A stretch of DNA of 64,000 nucleotides, taken from contig CAXXDQ010000007.1 in NCBI GenBank assembly GCA_963664325.2, positions 640,001 to 704,000 of the forward strand, written 5' to 3'. The stretch comes from Desulfomonilia bacterium. GTDB lineage: Bacteria; Desulfobacterota; Desulfomonilia; UBA1062. Position numbers and translations under genes: made by a program. Below are positions 1 to 9,890 of the stretch, in pieces (position 1 is the first letter of the stretch; each line of letters starts with the position of its first letter). The notes beneath the pieces are model-generated. The model was not told the origin of the DNA. It made no database searches and saw only the letters and a list, made by a program, of their open reading frames with translations.

Positions 1-1159
1 TATCCCAGTCCCCGCCTTTAACAAGGACATCGGGCATGAGCGATTTTATCAGATTATACGGCGTTTCTTCTTCGAAAATACACACAAAATCAACAGCATA
101 TAAAGCGGCTAATACCTCGGCCCTGGCGCGCTGGTTATTTACTGGGCGCGTTATCCCTTTCAGCCTTTTTACCGAGTCGTCTGAATTCAGTCCGACAACA
201 AGACAATCTCCCAGGTTTCGAGCCTGTTCAAGGTACTGGACATGGCCGGCATGAATGATGTCAAAACATCCGTTTGTGAATACAACTTTCAGACCGCGTT
301 CCTTCATGCGATCAGTCTTTACAGCAAGTTCAGTCCGACTAATGATCTTGGCTTGGTTTCCAACATGAGCCCTCCATGGCCGGCCTGCTATACGCGACGT
401 ATATCTCCCGAGTGCAAGGTATAAGCCGATAATATCAGGATATTTCTCGGAAAGAGCCTTTATGTGACCCTCGACGGTAGCCCAGTCTCCCCTTCTTATA
501 GGTCCTGTCAGTGCAGCCCTGCCATGGCCTTCAATGTTGGCAAGAGTACCTTTTATCAGGGGAAGCATGTGTCCCCTCTTAAGGCCGATATCACTCATAA
601 GGTCTTCAGCCAGGGTAACAAGGCTTGTAATGTAATTAGATGCAACGACTGCAGCTGCATGATAGATTACCTTATCTTCCTTGGCTATTCTTAGGATTTC
701 GCCTCCAAGCTTATCAGCAATCCTTCCCGCGGCCATAATGGCTTTAGGAGCACCTTCCACAGTAAAGACACTTCCTTTAATGGCTTTTCTTGCACTGTCA
801 GGATGCATGATCGACTGCAAAGGATGAAAGCTGGCGGTTTCTGCACCATATTTTATTAACGGCTCAAGGATGTCCGATGTATGAAGACCGCTCATGTGAA
901 AGACCACCCTGCCCTTCAGTTTGTCCTTCCATGCAGAAGCCATAGCCGAAGCTACATCCGATATCGAGTCGTCCGGTACAGTAATGAAAATAATATCAGC
1001 GCCATGAGGATCTTCAGGCAGCGTTTTATAAACAGGGATAAGGGAATTGGAATTTTCGACCTCGACGACCCATACAGGGGTGTACCCGGAATCCTCCAGC
1101 AGTGCCAGAACTGCACCGCCGACCCTTCCATGCCCGATAACCGCAAAGTTATGTTTCAT
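1..1159 (-). CDS. Rossmann-like/DUF2520 oxidoreductase fused in frame to RfaE domain II (heptose-1-phosphate adenylyltransferase); runs off the window start
   Basis: Manual translation from ATG 1159: [14 protein letters not shown]...HMSG...FHPLQS...[11 protein letters not shown]...LTGPIRRGD, continuing without a stop into [19 protein letters not shown]...[15 protein letters not shown]...DVLVKGGDW. Missing from the ORF track because there is no stop inside the window. Confidence 0.85.
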   Translation of the reverse strand, partial: MKHNFAVIGHGRVGGAVLALLEDSGYTPVWVVEVENSNSLIPVYKTLPEDPHGADIIFITVPDDSISDVASAMASAWKDKLKGRVVFHMSGLHTSDILEPLIKYGAETASFHPLQSIMHPDSARKAIKGSVFTVEGAPKAIMAAGRIADKLGGEILRIAKEDKVIYHAAAVVASNYITSLVTLAEDLMSDIGLKRGHMLPLIKGTLANIEGHGRAALTGPIRRGDWATVEGHIKALSEKYPDIIGLYLALGRYTSRIAGRPWRAHVGNQAKIISRTELAVKTDRMKERGLKVVFTNGCFDIIHAGHVQYLEQARNLGDCLVVGLNSDDSVKRLKGITRPVNNQRARAEVLAALYAVDFVCIFEEETPYNLIKSLMPDVLVKGGDWD

Positions 1160-2042
1160 CGCATAAACCCTGTTGCCTAAGTTTATCAAACTTTTCCCAG
1201 TCTATCGCATACCTGGAGTTTTTGAAGCTGTCTTCGACCAACTCTCTGTATTCTTCAGAATCTACGTACTCCTGCAGCTGTTTGGATGTTGGATATATCT
1301 GCTCGCTCGGCCTCCAGAATCCGGTCTCATTTGTATTGACATCTATCAGGCATCCGTTTGATATGGCAAGAGACACGTCGGCAAGAGGTCTGTCAACAAG
1401 GTCCCTAGACATTGCTTCAAGCTGCCCGGCATCGACCGGGGAAAAAAACGAATAGAGCCTCTTATAGATAGATGAATAGAGCCTGGAATATATGACTGCC
1501 GCATGATAATGCTGGGGGACATCTACAACAGCGTCTTTACCGCCATTTTCCCCAAAGAAGTAAAGCATCGCCTGAAGATTCCTGAGTCCGCCAAGCCCAG
1601 GATACGCCTGACCGGGAAGCCTTGGCCTCTCCGGTGAGAAAGATCCGGCCGGATCCTGAAGCGCAAGCCATTCGACAAGTATCATGGGCATGCCTGCGCT
1701 GAAATCGTAACGTTGAATAAAGACCTTTTTGGGTCTGAAAATGCCTTCCCTTAATATCAGTTCAACAATCCTTGTTTCTTTATCAAATCTCTCATAATTG
1801 ACATAAAGCCTTGAAGTAAAATCTTCTCTTAAGATTGTGATGATAATATCTTTATATCCCTTCTTCCTTATTACATTCATAAGACCTGTTTTTTCCATTA
1901 TGCCCGTCAGGTCGTCTTTGCTGTATCTGCCGAGAAAAAGCTCCGAATGAGAAAAGTCTATTTTGCCCTTTTGCCAAGGCATTACCTCTTCATTGAATGT
2001 AATCTCCTCTAGATACTTTGGGCTCTTTTTCATTTCTACCAT
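1149..2042 (-). CDS. Conserved hypothetical protein (WLALQDP...[13 protein letters not shown] motif)
   Basis: 297-aa ORF overlapping both neighbours, so likely translationally coupled; function not recognised. Confidence 0.75.
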   Translation of the reverse strand: MVEMKKSPKYLEEITFNEEVMPWQKGKIDFSHSELFLGRYSKDDLTGIMEKTGLMNVIRKKGYKDIIITILREDFTSRLYVNYERFDKETRIVELILREGIFRPKKVFIQRYDFSAGMPMILVEWLALQDPAGSFSPERPRLPGQAYPGLGGLRNLQAMLYFFGENGGKDAVVDVPQHYHAAVIYSRLYSSIYKRLYSFFSPVDAGQLEAMSRDLVDRPLADVSLAISNGCLIDVNTNETGFWRPSEQIYPTSKQLQEYVDSEEYRELVEDSFKNSRYAIDWEKFDKLRQQGLCDET

Positions 2043-2722
2043 GGCATCGTTCTCCCGACTCCAGCTATAAAGACTTTATCAGCACCCGCTTTTTTAAGAG
2101 CAAAGGCAGCAGCTCCCGCTGTCTCTGCTGTTGTGATAACATCATCAACAACCAAAACGTTGAGTCCTTTCACCCCCTTTGCCAGAAAAGACCCTTTAAT
2201 GTTTTTGCGTCTTGCTTTCCTATCCAGGCCGGCCTGGGGTCTTGTACCCCTAGTCTTCACCAGGGTATGAAAATCAGCTTTTATTCCGGTACGCTTTGCC
2301 AGTTCTTTTGCTATTAATGCAGACTGGTTATAACCTCTAACGAACAGCCTTGTCCAGTGCATTGGGATAAACGTGATGACATCAGGTTTGATATCCGCTT
2401 TAATGACAGATTCGTGAATGATTTTTCCAAAATACCTTTTAAGTCCAGTTTTGCCCCTGTATTTATATGCATGTATCGCCTCCTTTGTTTTTCCGTCGAA
2501 TATAAATGCAGCAACGATTTTATCAAAGAACGGCGTGTTGCTGAGGCACGACAGACAAATCCCTGAAGTGCCGGTTGGCCGGCCGCAAACATCACAGACA
2601 GGCTCGGGCACATTTTTCATCTGAATTCTACAATTATTACAAACCCCCTCTTCAATCTCTTCTTCCGCTGCGCATATAAGGCATCCGGGAGGAAAAAGAC
2701 TGTCAATTAACCGGTTCAGCAT
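2036..2722 (-). CDS. comF: ComF family protein (zinc ribbon + phosphoribosyltransferase-like)
   Basis: Four CxxC pairs, RGYNQS, VLVVDDVITT PRPP-loop motif. Confidence 0.9.
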   Translation of the reverse strand: MLNRLIDSLFPPGCLICAAEEEIEEGVCNNCRIQMKNVPEPVCDVCGRPTGTSGICLSCLSNTPFFDKIVAAFIFDGKTKEAIHAYKYRGKTGLKRYFGKIIHESVIKADIKPDVITFIPMHWTRLFVRGYNQSALIAKELAKRTGIKADFHTLVKTRGTRPQAGLDRKARRKNIKGSFLAKGVKGLNVLVVDDVITTAETAGAAAFALKKAGADKVFIAGVGRTMPW

Positions 2723-2803
2723 GCCATCTCCATAAGGTATATAACCGTTTAATCGGCAGGAACAAGGCCGATATAAAATACAAATTGTATCTTTCGGTCT
2801 ATA

Positions 2804-3598
2804 TCAATAGTACTTGTGATAATTATATTTTCTGTATTTATACATCGTTGCCGGCATTGCATCTACGGCATTCAATATTGTCCCCACTATCTTATCCTTT
2901 GGAAAGACCGTTACTGATGCTTTATAATCCATCTGTCTGGCATACCGGTATTTTACTACAAATATAATTCCGTCAACATATTTGGATATAACTTTAGGAT
3001 CAACTGTTGCCTGTACCGGAGGAGTATCAATGATGATATATCTCTCTGGAAATCTCCTTCTTATTTCTTCAAACAAAAGGGCCATGTTTTTTGATTCCAG
3101 AAGTTCGGATGGATTTGACGGGGGTTCTTTTGTTGCATGCAGCAATTCGAGCCTCTCAACAGGTGTTTTAATAAGACATTCATCAAGGGTCTTCTTACCC
3201 TGAAGTATCTCAGCCACTCCTGGAGAAGGTTGATACCTGAACAGTTTGTATAAAGACGGTCGTCTCAAATCACATTCAAGGAGTATGACTTTCTTGTCCT
3301 CTCCCCTGGCTATTGAAACTGCAAGGTTTGCCGATATAAGCGATTTGCCTTCCGAGGGAACCGAGCTGGTCACCATAAATATCTTTTTTTGAGACCATGC
3401 AGGTGTGTGGAAAATGAATGTTCTTACCTTGCGGATTTGCTCAGCAATATAGGTATAGGGCATGTGATACATGTACAGATGATCATCCAATGACTCTTCA
3501 ATCTTCAATTCAATCTTCTGATCAAGTCTCAATTCCTGCACTTCCGGAGGAGATGATTTATCTCCTGCTTTTTCAAATGCTTTTGATATATCTACCAT
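2804..3598 (-). CDS. CpsD/CapB family polysaccharide tyrosine autokinase (Wzc C-terminal type)
   Basis: Walker A SSVPSEGKS, CDLRRP, IIIDTPP, Tyr-rich C-terminus YKYRKYNYHKYY. Confidence 0.9.
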   Translation of the reverse strand: MVDISKAFEKAGDKSSPPEVQELRLDQKIELKIEESLDDHLYMYHMPYTYIAEQIRKVRTFIFHTPAWSQKKIFMVTSSVPSEGKSLISANLAVSIARGEDKKVILLECDLRRPSLYKLFRYQPSPGVAEILQGKKTLDECLIKTPVERLELLHATKEPPSNPSELLESKNMALLFEEIRRRFPERYIIIDTPPVQATVDPKVISKYVDGIIFVVKYRYARQMDYKASVTVFPKDKIVGTILNAVDAMPATMYKYRKYNYHKYY

Positions 3599-5065
3599 TT
3601 ATCCCTCCAAGGTTATCTTTACAGGCTTTGCATAAAAGTAGCCCTGTCCGACAAGATCAGAGGCCTTCATTTCAGCTTCTGCATTTGTCAGGAAGATACC
3701 AGTGTTGACAAGAAACCACTTGTTTCCCTTATTATCGAAATACTGGAACACCCCGGATGCCATGCCATTGGCAGACATTGAATCAGAAACCAGCCTTGCT
3801 TCAACCCCAGTATGATACGAGGCAATGCATACTGTATAATAATTGCTTTTTATGGTTTCCAACGGGGGAAGAGCAACAATCACTTTATTATCAACTCCAT
3901 CGATCTCATTAAGCTTCGGATTTGCCATCTTGATTGCGTTAATAACCTCGGGTGTTGATCTTCCATAATAATCAGATGCTATTTCAGACAGATATGTCCC
4001 AGGTTTTACTTTAATGACTCTTTTATACGGCTTCCCGGCCTCATAAGCAGATGTCGGAATACCTGAAGCCGGAGGAAGTCCGTTTTCTCCAAGATCGATT
4101 GTTTTCTTTTGGGAACTGTTCATTATCATCTGGTAGTTAATTTTGTGAGGAGAGGATTTCGAAAATTCAAATTTATAAAAAATAGAAGCGCTTACCAGAA
4201 TTATCAATGCAATCCCGATTGATGCAAAGGCAAACTTCTTTTTATTAAGGGACATTCTTTCCTTTCCATAGCTTGCCTTTATCTCACGTGATATTTTTTT
4301 TATCATTGAAGGTGACACTTCCTTTTTGTCTTCAATAAATCCCGTTAGAAGGGCGTTATCACACAGCGTATTAATCAGGCGTGGAAATCCCTTAGTCTGG
4401 GAATATATCTCCTTTACGGTCTTTTGCGGAAATATCGGCCTCTCCCTGGGTTCATATCCGGCGACTCTCAGCCTGTGGTTAATATAATCTTTGGTTTCAT
4501 CAAGGTTGAGGGGTTCAAGATGAAATTTTACACTTATCCTCTGCTTCATTTGCCTGAGCAAAGGGCTTTTAAGTATGGTATTGAGTTCCTGCTGCCCGAG
4601 CAGAAGAATATGTACAAGTTTCTGGTCAGGGGTTTCAAGATTTGACAGAAGCCTTATCTCTTCAAGAATACCGACTGAAAGCCCCTGGGCTTCATCTACT
4701 ATTAAGGCGACACCGCCGATTTCTTTAAGCCTTCTCTCATATTCCTTGATATGGTTTCTGTTCTTCAAGGCCTCAGGCAACCCGATGGCTTCACCAATAA
4801 GATAGTAAATGTTATCCGAGGTTACATTGGGGTTTTTAATAACAACCTTGGGAATGCCTGTGGGCAACCTTACAAGAAGGGCATTTATAAGGGTCGTCTT
4901 GCCTGTACCGGCTTCTCCAGTAATAATGACAAAACCGCTTTTTTCATTAATCCCATACACCAAATGCGCAAGGGCTTCTTTATGTGTGGGACTCATGTAG
5001 AGGAATTTTGGATCAGGGGCAATACTGAACGGCTTCAGCTTGAGTCCGAAAAAATCAGTATACAC
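3599..5065 (-). CDS. ExeA-like AAA ATPase with TM helix, LysM and SPOR domains
   Basis: MYxxFFGLxxKPF start, GEAGTGKTT, IVDEAQ, GQQEL, GFPRLIN; LysM-like VKPGTYLSEIA..YYG; C-terminal SPOR-like segment. Confidence 0.88.
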   Translation of the reverse strand: MYTDFFGLKLKPFSIAPDPKFLYMSPTHKEALAHLVYGINEKSGFVIITGEAGTGKTTLINALLVRLPTGIPKVVIKNPNVTSDNIYYLIGEAIGLPEALKNRNHIKEYERRLKEIGGVALIVDEAQGLSVGILEEIRLLSNLETPDQKLVHILLLGQQELNTILKSPLLRQMKQRISVKFHLEPLNLDETKDYINHRLRVAGYEPRERPIFPQKTVKEIYSQTKGFPRLINTLCDNALLTGFIEDKKEVSPSMIKKISREIKASYGKERMSLNKKKFAFASIGIALIILVSASIFYKFEFSKSSPHKINYQMIMNSSQKKTIDLGENGLPPASGIPTSAYEAGKPYKRVIKVKPGTYLSEIASDYYGRSTPEVINAIKMANPKLNEIDGVDNKVIVALPPLETIKSNYYTVCIASYHTGVEARLVSDSMSANGMASGVFQYFDNKGNKWFLVNTGIFLTNAEAEMKASDLVGQGYFYAKPVKITLEG

Positions 5066-5080
5066 CCTTTTACCCCGTAT

Positions 5081-6613
5081 CTACATTCCCATTGGCTTGT
5101 TGATTATGATACCCGTCGCCCATGAAGCCAGTACGGCTACCACTCCAAGTATAACCAGGCCGATGTTTATGCCGATGAAAAGAATTGTTTTGCTTTTATT
5201 CATTTTCAGATCTTCCCCTGTCAGTGAAAGAGGGATAGCTGAAATACACTTAATTCCGCTTTCCAGGGCTTCGAGCTGGCTTATGCTTTTAATTGTAGAA
5301 TCCTGTATTTCAATCAACAGGATTACTCCTGCACCTGCCCCCAGGCCGACAGCAATGCAGATCAGCATAATTTTCAAAAAGTCAGGTTGTACTGGCCTCT
5401 GCGAGGGTTTGGCAAAATCTAGTATTCTGAATTGTTCCCCCTGCTGACGCTTTTCCATATTCTCCGCCCGTTTTGCCTCCAGAAGCCGGTCAAGAAGTTT
5501 CTGGTAATTATCTTTTGTAATTTGATAATCCCTCATCAAAGTTGACAGCTCCTGCTCCATTTTCGGTGCGTTTTCTACCCTTCCCTGATACTGATTTATC
5601 CTGGCGTTAACCCTTGCAGCCTCCCTCTCAAGTCCTGATATCTCGCTGTTTATGGCCTTGAGTTGAATTCGCAGCTCGGCAGCCCTTGGATTTGAATAAC
5701 CGCCTGAAGCGTTTTCATTTTTTGACTCTAGCTCTTTGATTTGTTCTGTAAGTTTAATTATCTCCGGATGCTCAGGGGTGTAATTGCTTTTCATGTCTTC
5801 AAGCCTTGCCTTCAGATCGGCAAGCTTCTGGTCCCTCTGTGAAGATGTCGATCCCGGTCTTGATGCCTCCAGTTGAGACAGCTGGCCTTCGATGTTGATT
5901 TTCCTGTTTCTTGCATCGGCAAGTGTTCTTTGGGTGGTGTCAAGGCTGCTCTGGAGATTTATAAGAGTTGCGGTATTTGACTGGACCTGTTCCGGCAGTT
6001 CACCCATATGTGAGCTTTTAAATGCCTGCAATTTTTTCTCATAGTCTTCTAGCGATACTTTCAGGTCGTCAAGCTGCTTTTCAAGAAAAACCGTGGTCTC
6101 CGTCGCCTGTGAAGATCTCATTTTTGTATTGCTTTCAATTATAAGTGAAGCAAGCCTGTTAGTAACATCAGCCGCTGTTACGGAATCAGACCACCTGAAT
6201 GTTATTATAAACGAGGATACCCTGTTTCCTTCACTGCCGGCAACATTGACGTTTATCTTTTTGCGCAAGGCATTAACTAGAATTTCCATAGGTACGCCTC
6301 TTGCCCTTTCTCTCGGGTAGAGCTTCATTTCAGTGATTATCTGTTCAAGATTGGATCTGGAAACAACCTCCAATGAAAGCGTCTTGACCCTTTCTTCGAC
6401 TGCAGAAGTCACTGTTGCTACAACATAATTTGAAGGTATTTCCTGTGGTTCTATAAAGATAAGCGTCGAGCTCTCATACTCCTTCGGCAACACCACGTAC
6501 AGCCATAACCCCAGGAACGCAAAGAAAATGAAGGGAATAGTCACCCAATGCCATTTCTTTTGAAGGGCATCCAGCATATCTTCAAGATTGATCTTTTTTT
6601 CCTGCTCGTTCAA
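5081..6613 (-). CDS. Polysaccharide chain-length determinant (GumC/Wzz, Wzc N-terminal type)
   Basis: N- and C-terminal TM helices, long coiled coil, YTPEHPE motif, FRILDFAKP..PVQP. Confidence 0.9.
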   Translation of the reverse strand: MNEQEKKINLEDMLDALQKKWHWVTIPFIFFAFLGLWLYVVLPKEYESSTLIFIEPQEIPSNYVVATVTSAVEERVKTLSLEVVSRSNLEQIITEMKLYPRERARGVPMEILVNALRKKINVNVAGSEGNRVSSFIITFRWSDSVTAADVTNRLASLIIESNTKMRSSQATETTVFLEKQLDDLKVSLEDYEKKLQAFKSSHMGELPEQVQSNTATLINLQSSLDTTQRTLADARNRKINIEGQLSQLEASRPGSTSSQRDQKLADLKARLEDMKSNYTPEHPEIIKLTEQIKELESKNENASGGYSNPRAAELRIQLKAINSEISGLEREAARVNARINQYQGRVENAPKMEQELSTLMRDYQITKDNYQKLLDRLLEAKRAENMEKRQQGEQFRILDFAKPSQRPVQPDFLKIMLICIAVGLGAGAGVILLIEIQDSTIKSISQLEALESGIKCISAIPLSLTGEDLKMNKSKTILFIGINIGLVILGVVAVLASWATGIIINKPMGM

Positions 6614-7878
6614 TATCTTGCCTCTATATCAATCATATATCGGTTTTCTCTTCTAGTATCTGTATTTTCATTTTCAATATTGATTTCCGTGTATTCGGTT
6701 AAAAGGTAATTATAGGTTCCATTTATTGTCAGCCAACGTACTGGTGTATATCTTAGAGTTAGGCCAGCAGACTTGTCAGTAGTGCCGTTCTGTAAATCAC
6801 TTTCAGGTTTTCTCCTGGTTATCTCACCATTCGCTATTAAGCTTATTTTCCTTATGAACGTATGCTCCCAGGAGAAATTTCCCGATGTGATCAGATACAT
6901 GCCGTATGTGCTTCCTGTGGTATAGTCGTATGAATAATCCCTCGATCCTGACAGGGTGAAATGGTCGGAATCCGTAAGTCTTTCTATCCTCAGTTCACCT
7001 GCACTCACTCCTTTGGTCCCCTCGGTTTCTTGTTTGAGCCAGCTGTACCCTGCCTTTGCAAACAGTGTGATATATTGAGTCAACCTATACTCGGCGTTAA
7101 AGAAACCCTCATATATATCGCTGTTGGGATTCCTTGACGGATTATTTGAGGTATTAGCCGCTTCAAGGCCGCATTTCAGGTTTTGTAAAAGATCATACAT
7201 CCAGGTCGCATCTGAAACAATTGTCAGAATATTATCACGAAGGTAGCTCTTATATTTAAAATCTTCCACCTTAGCCGACAGATTCAGCGCGTTTTTCTGT
7301 GTCGGCATCAGTTCAAGAAGCACCTCTCGCGGTGTTCGAATTCAGGTCGTTGGAAACAGAAGTAACAGGATCAATCAGGTGCAAATTCCTGTTCAATCCT
7401 GTACCTGAGATTTATAGAATCCGAATCGGAAAAACTTTTTCTGTATTCAACAAGGCCCGTATGATAAGTATATTCACCCCATGACTGGTCAAGGGTCTGT
7501 CTTTCTGTCGTTCTCCTGTATGAATAATTAAGATTCATCATTTGTGTCTTATCAGTCAGGTTTAACCCTGTCTGTAAGAATTCTTCATCTGAATCATCAT
7601 ACGTATTTCGCTTATGGTAATCTTTTGTTATATAACCGGAAAAATTGAAGGCAATGCTTTCAGTTGCTATCTTGAAATCCAGGCTTGGTCCGATATTGTA
7701 TGTAGTATCACTCTGGGGATTTTGAGAATAAGGGACTCCGAAATATATTATCCGAATACACACATGATGTAATTAAACCTGGATGAACCTCCCAGCTGAA
7801 TGCAAAGGCCATTGACGCTGATATAATTGAGTGAATCAGCAGCAGAAAACTGCAGAACAGATATCTTTTACGGCACAA
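6610..7878 (-). pseudogene. EPS-associated outer-membrane beta-barrel protein, interrupted by about three single-base frameshifts (pseudogene or assembly error)
   Basis: TTG 7878 gives a signal peptide (KRYLFCSFLLLIHSIISASMAFA) then YSDNI; the reading continues in other frames (ORFs 7371-7763 and 6610-7323); alternating beta-strand pattern and C-terminal aromatic residue (IEARY). Confidence 0.7.
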
Positions 7879-8409
7879 CTATTGTATCTCCCGGCATCAG
7901 TTTTATATCCGGTATTTTACCTTTTATGATCTTGTTATAGTCCGCCTTGATCGGGGTGCGCTTGCCATCTTCCGTTCTCAATATTGTTATTGAGCCCTTG
8001 TCCGCCCATTCAGTGAAACCGCCTGCAAGAGAAATCACCTGCGACAGGTATATATCCTTATCAAGAACAAACTGCCCTGGATTTACAACCTTGCCGTCAA
8101 CATATATCTGTTTACTCTTCGGCTCCAAAACGATTACGACACATTTCGGATCTTTTACATACTTTGAAAGGGCCTGCTCTATCATACCCTGAAGTTCAAC
8201 GGGCGTTTTCCCGTAAGCCTTAACTTCACCGATCAGTGGAAGAGATATAAGACCGTCCGGTCTTACGGTAACCTGCCTGGAAAGCGTAGGTTCGCCCCAT
8301 ATCGACACCTCCAGGTTGTCCGACTCTCCAATAATATAGTTTGCATTTGCCGCCAGCATAATAAAAGGTAAGAAAGAAAACTTACAAGCAGTAGAGTTTT
8401 TTTCATCAT
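7868..8409 (-). CDS. Polysaccharide export protein (Wza/Poly_export + SLBB); signal peptide out of frame by one base
   Basis: YIIGESDNLEVSIW, VRPDGLISLPLIGEV, GKVVNPG, LAGGFT, PGDTIVVP. RBS AGGAGAGAGG and ATG 8409 (MMKKTLLLVSF) are in a different frame from the 8359 ORF. Confidence 0.85.
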
Positions 8410-8418
8410 ACCTCTCTC

Positions 8419-9852
8419 CTATTTCTCAATTCCACATTCCTTAATTTTGTACAACAGCGCTTTATAGCTTATCTGAAGAAGGTCAGCTGCCTTTTTCTTG
8501 TTCCAGTTTGTTCCATGAAGCGCCCTTAAAATCATTTCTCTTTCTGCCTTTACAGCCGCTTCCTTGGCGACATCTTTCAGTGGGATAATAGTGGACAGGT
8601 CGACATCATGTGATTCCTTCTGAATCTGTCCCTTTAATGACGCATCCTTTACCTCCTGTCTGAATTCCGTCTGCACGGAAGAAACCTGGGACAGATACCG
8701 CTCCAGATCTTCCACATTTCCGAGAATTACAACCCGTTTGACCAGGTTTTTAAGTTCACGGATATTCCCTGGCCAGGGATATGAAGTTAACAATGGATAA
8801 ACCCGGTCCTTATCGACATTTATATGTTTTGCATACTTCTCGTTATATGTTTCAAGAAAATATTCAAAAAGATATTGAATATCCTCCGGACGTTCCGAAA
8901 GAGGCGGAAGATTAATGTTAACAACGTTGAGCCTGTAATAAATGTCTTCCCTGAATTTTCCTTCTTCAACTGCTTTTTTAAGGTCCCTGTTGGTTGCGGC
9001 TATCACCCTGACATTCACCCGCACATCCTGCTTGCCGCCCAGCCTTGAAAAAGAACCTTCCTGCAGCACCTGAAGAAGCTTTGACTGTATTGCCAGATCA
9101 ATCTCACCGATTTCATCCAGGAAGATGGTTCCGTTGTTGGCCAGTTCGAACTTGCCTGCCTTCGATTTGTATGCACCCGTAAAAGCACCCCGGTCATATC
9201 CGAACAGTTCGCTCTCCAGAAGTTCGTGCGGAAGCGCCGCACAATTGACTTTTACAAACGGTTTGTCTCTGAGGTTTGAACGGTAATGCAGCGAACGGGC
9301 GATAAGTTCTTTTCCAGTACCGCTTTCTCCTTCAATAAGAACGCTCACATCCGTGTCGGCTACCTGCTCAATCAGATCCTTGATTTTTTGCATTTTAGGA
9401 GAAACAAAAATGAAATCCCCTTTAAGTTCATCAATTCTGAGTTTCTTTTTCAGACTTGTAATTTCGGCAATTAGTTTTCTTTTTTCAATTGATTTGCTTA
9501 TTGCCAGTTCAAGTTCCTCTTCCTCAAATGGTTTTACAAGGTAATCACTAGCTCCGGCCTTCATGGCCTTGACAATGATACCCGTCTGTCCAAGAGCGCT
9601 CAGCATGATTACAGGGAGTTCCTTGGATGTCTTTTTAATCTCATTTAATGTTTCAAGACCGTCCATGTCAGGCATAAGAATATCAAGAAGGACTACAGCA
9701 ATATCGGGATTCACTCTGAGGTGACTAAGGGCGTCTTTGCCACTCGAAGCGGTTATTACTTCAAATCCGCTCATGTTGAGCAGTCTGGATATGTACCCTC
9801 TTATACTATCATCATCGTCAACGATAAGGATCTTGAATTTATCTCCAATCAT
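8419..9852 (-). CDS. Sigma54-dependent response regulator (NtrC family: REC-AAA+-HTH)
   Basis: REC domain (IVDDD, LDILMP), GESGTGKE, ESELFG..GAFTGA, WPGNIRELKN, Fis-type HTH. Confidence 0.95.
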   Translation of the reverse strand: MIGDKFKILIVDDDDSIRGYISRLLNMSGFEVITASSGKDALSHLRVNPDIAVVLLDILMPDMDGLETLNEIKKTSKELPVIMLSALGQTGIIVKAMKAGASDYLVKPFEEEELELAISKSIEKRKLIAEITSLKKKLRIDELKGDFIFVSPKMQKIKDLIEQVADTDVSVLIEGESGTGKELIARSLHYRSNLRDKPFVKVNCAALPHELLESELFGYDRGAFTGAYKSKAGKFELANNGTIFLDEIGEIDLAIQSKLLQVLQEGSFSRLGGKQDVRVNVRVIAATNRDLKKAVEEGKFREDIYYRLNVVNINLPPLSERPEDIQYLFEYFLETYNEKYAKHINVDKDRVYPLLTSYPWPGNIRELKNLVKRVVILGNVEDLERYLSQVSSVQTEFRQEVKDASLKGQIQKESHDVDLSTIIPLKDVAKEAAVKAEREMILRALHGTNWNKKKAADLLQISYKALLYKIKECGIEK

Positions 9853-9890
9853 TTACACCGCTCAATGAAATTTATTAATTCATAAATACA

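Noticed and set aside
345-380. Separate rfaE2 gene starting at GGAGG...ATG 366
   Set aside because: That ATG is out of frame and stops after 15 codons; the adenylyltransferase is in frame with the upstream DUF2520 ORF.
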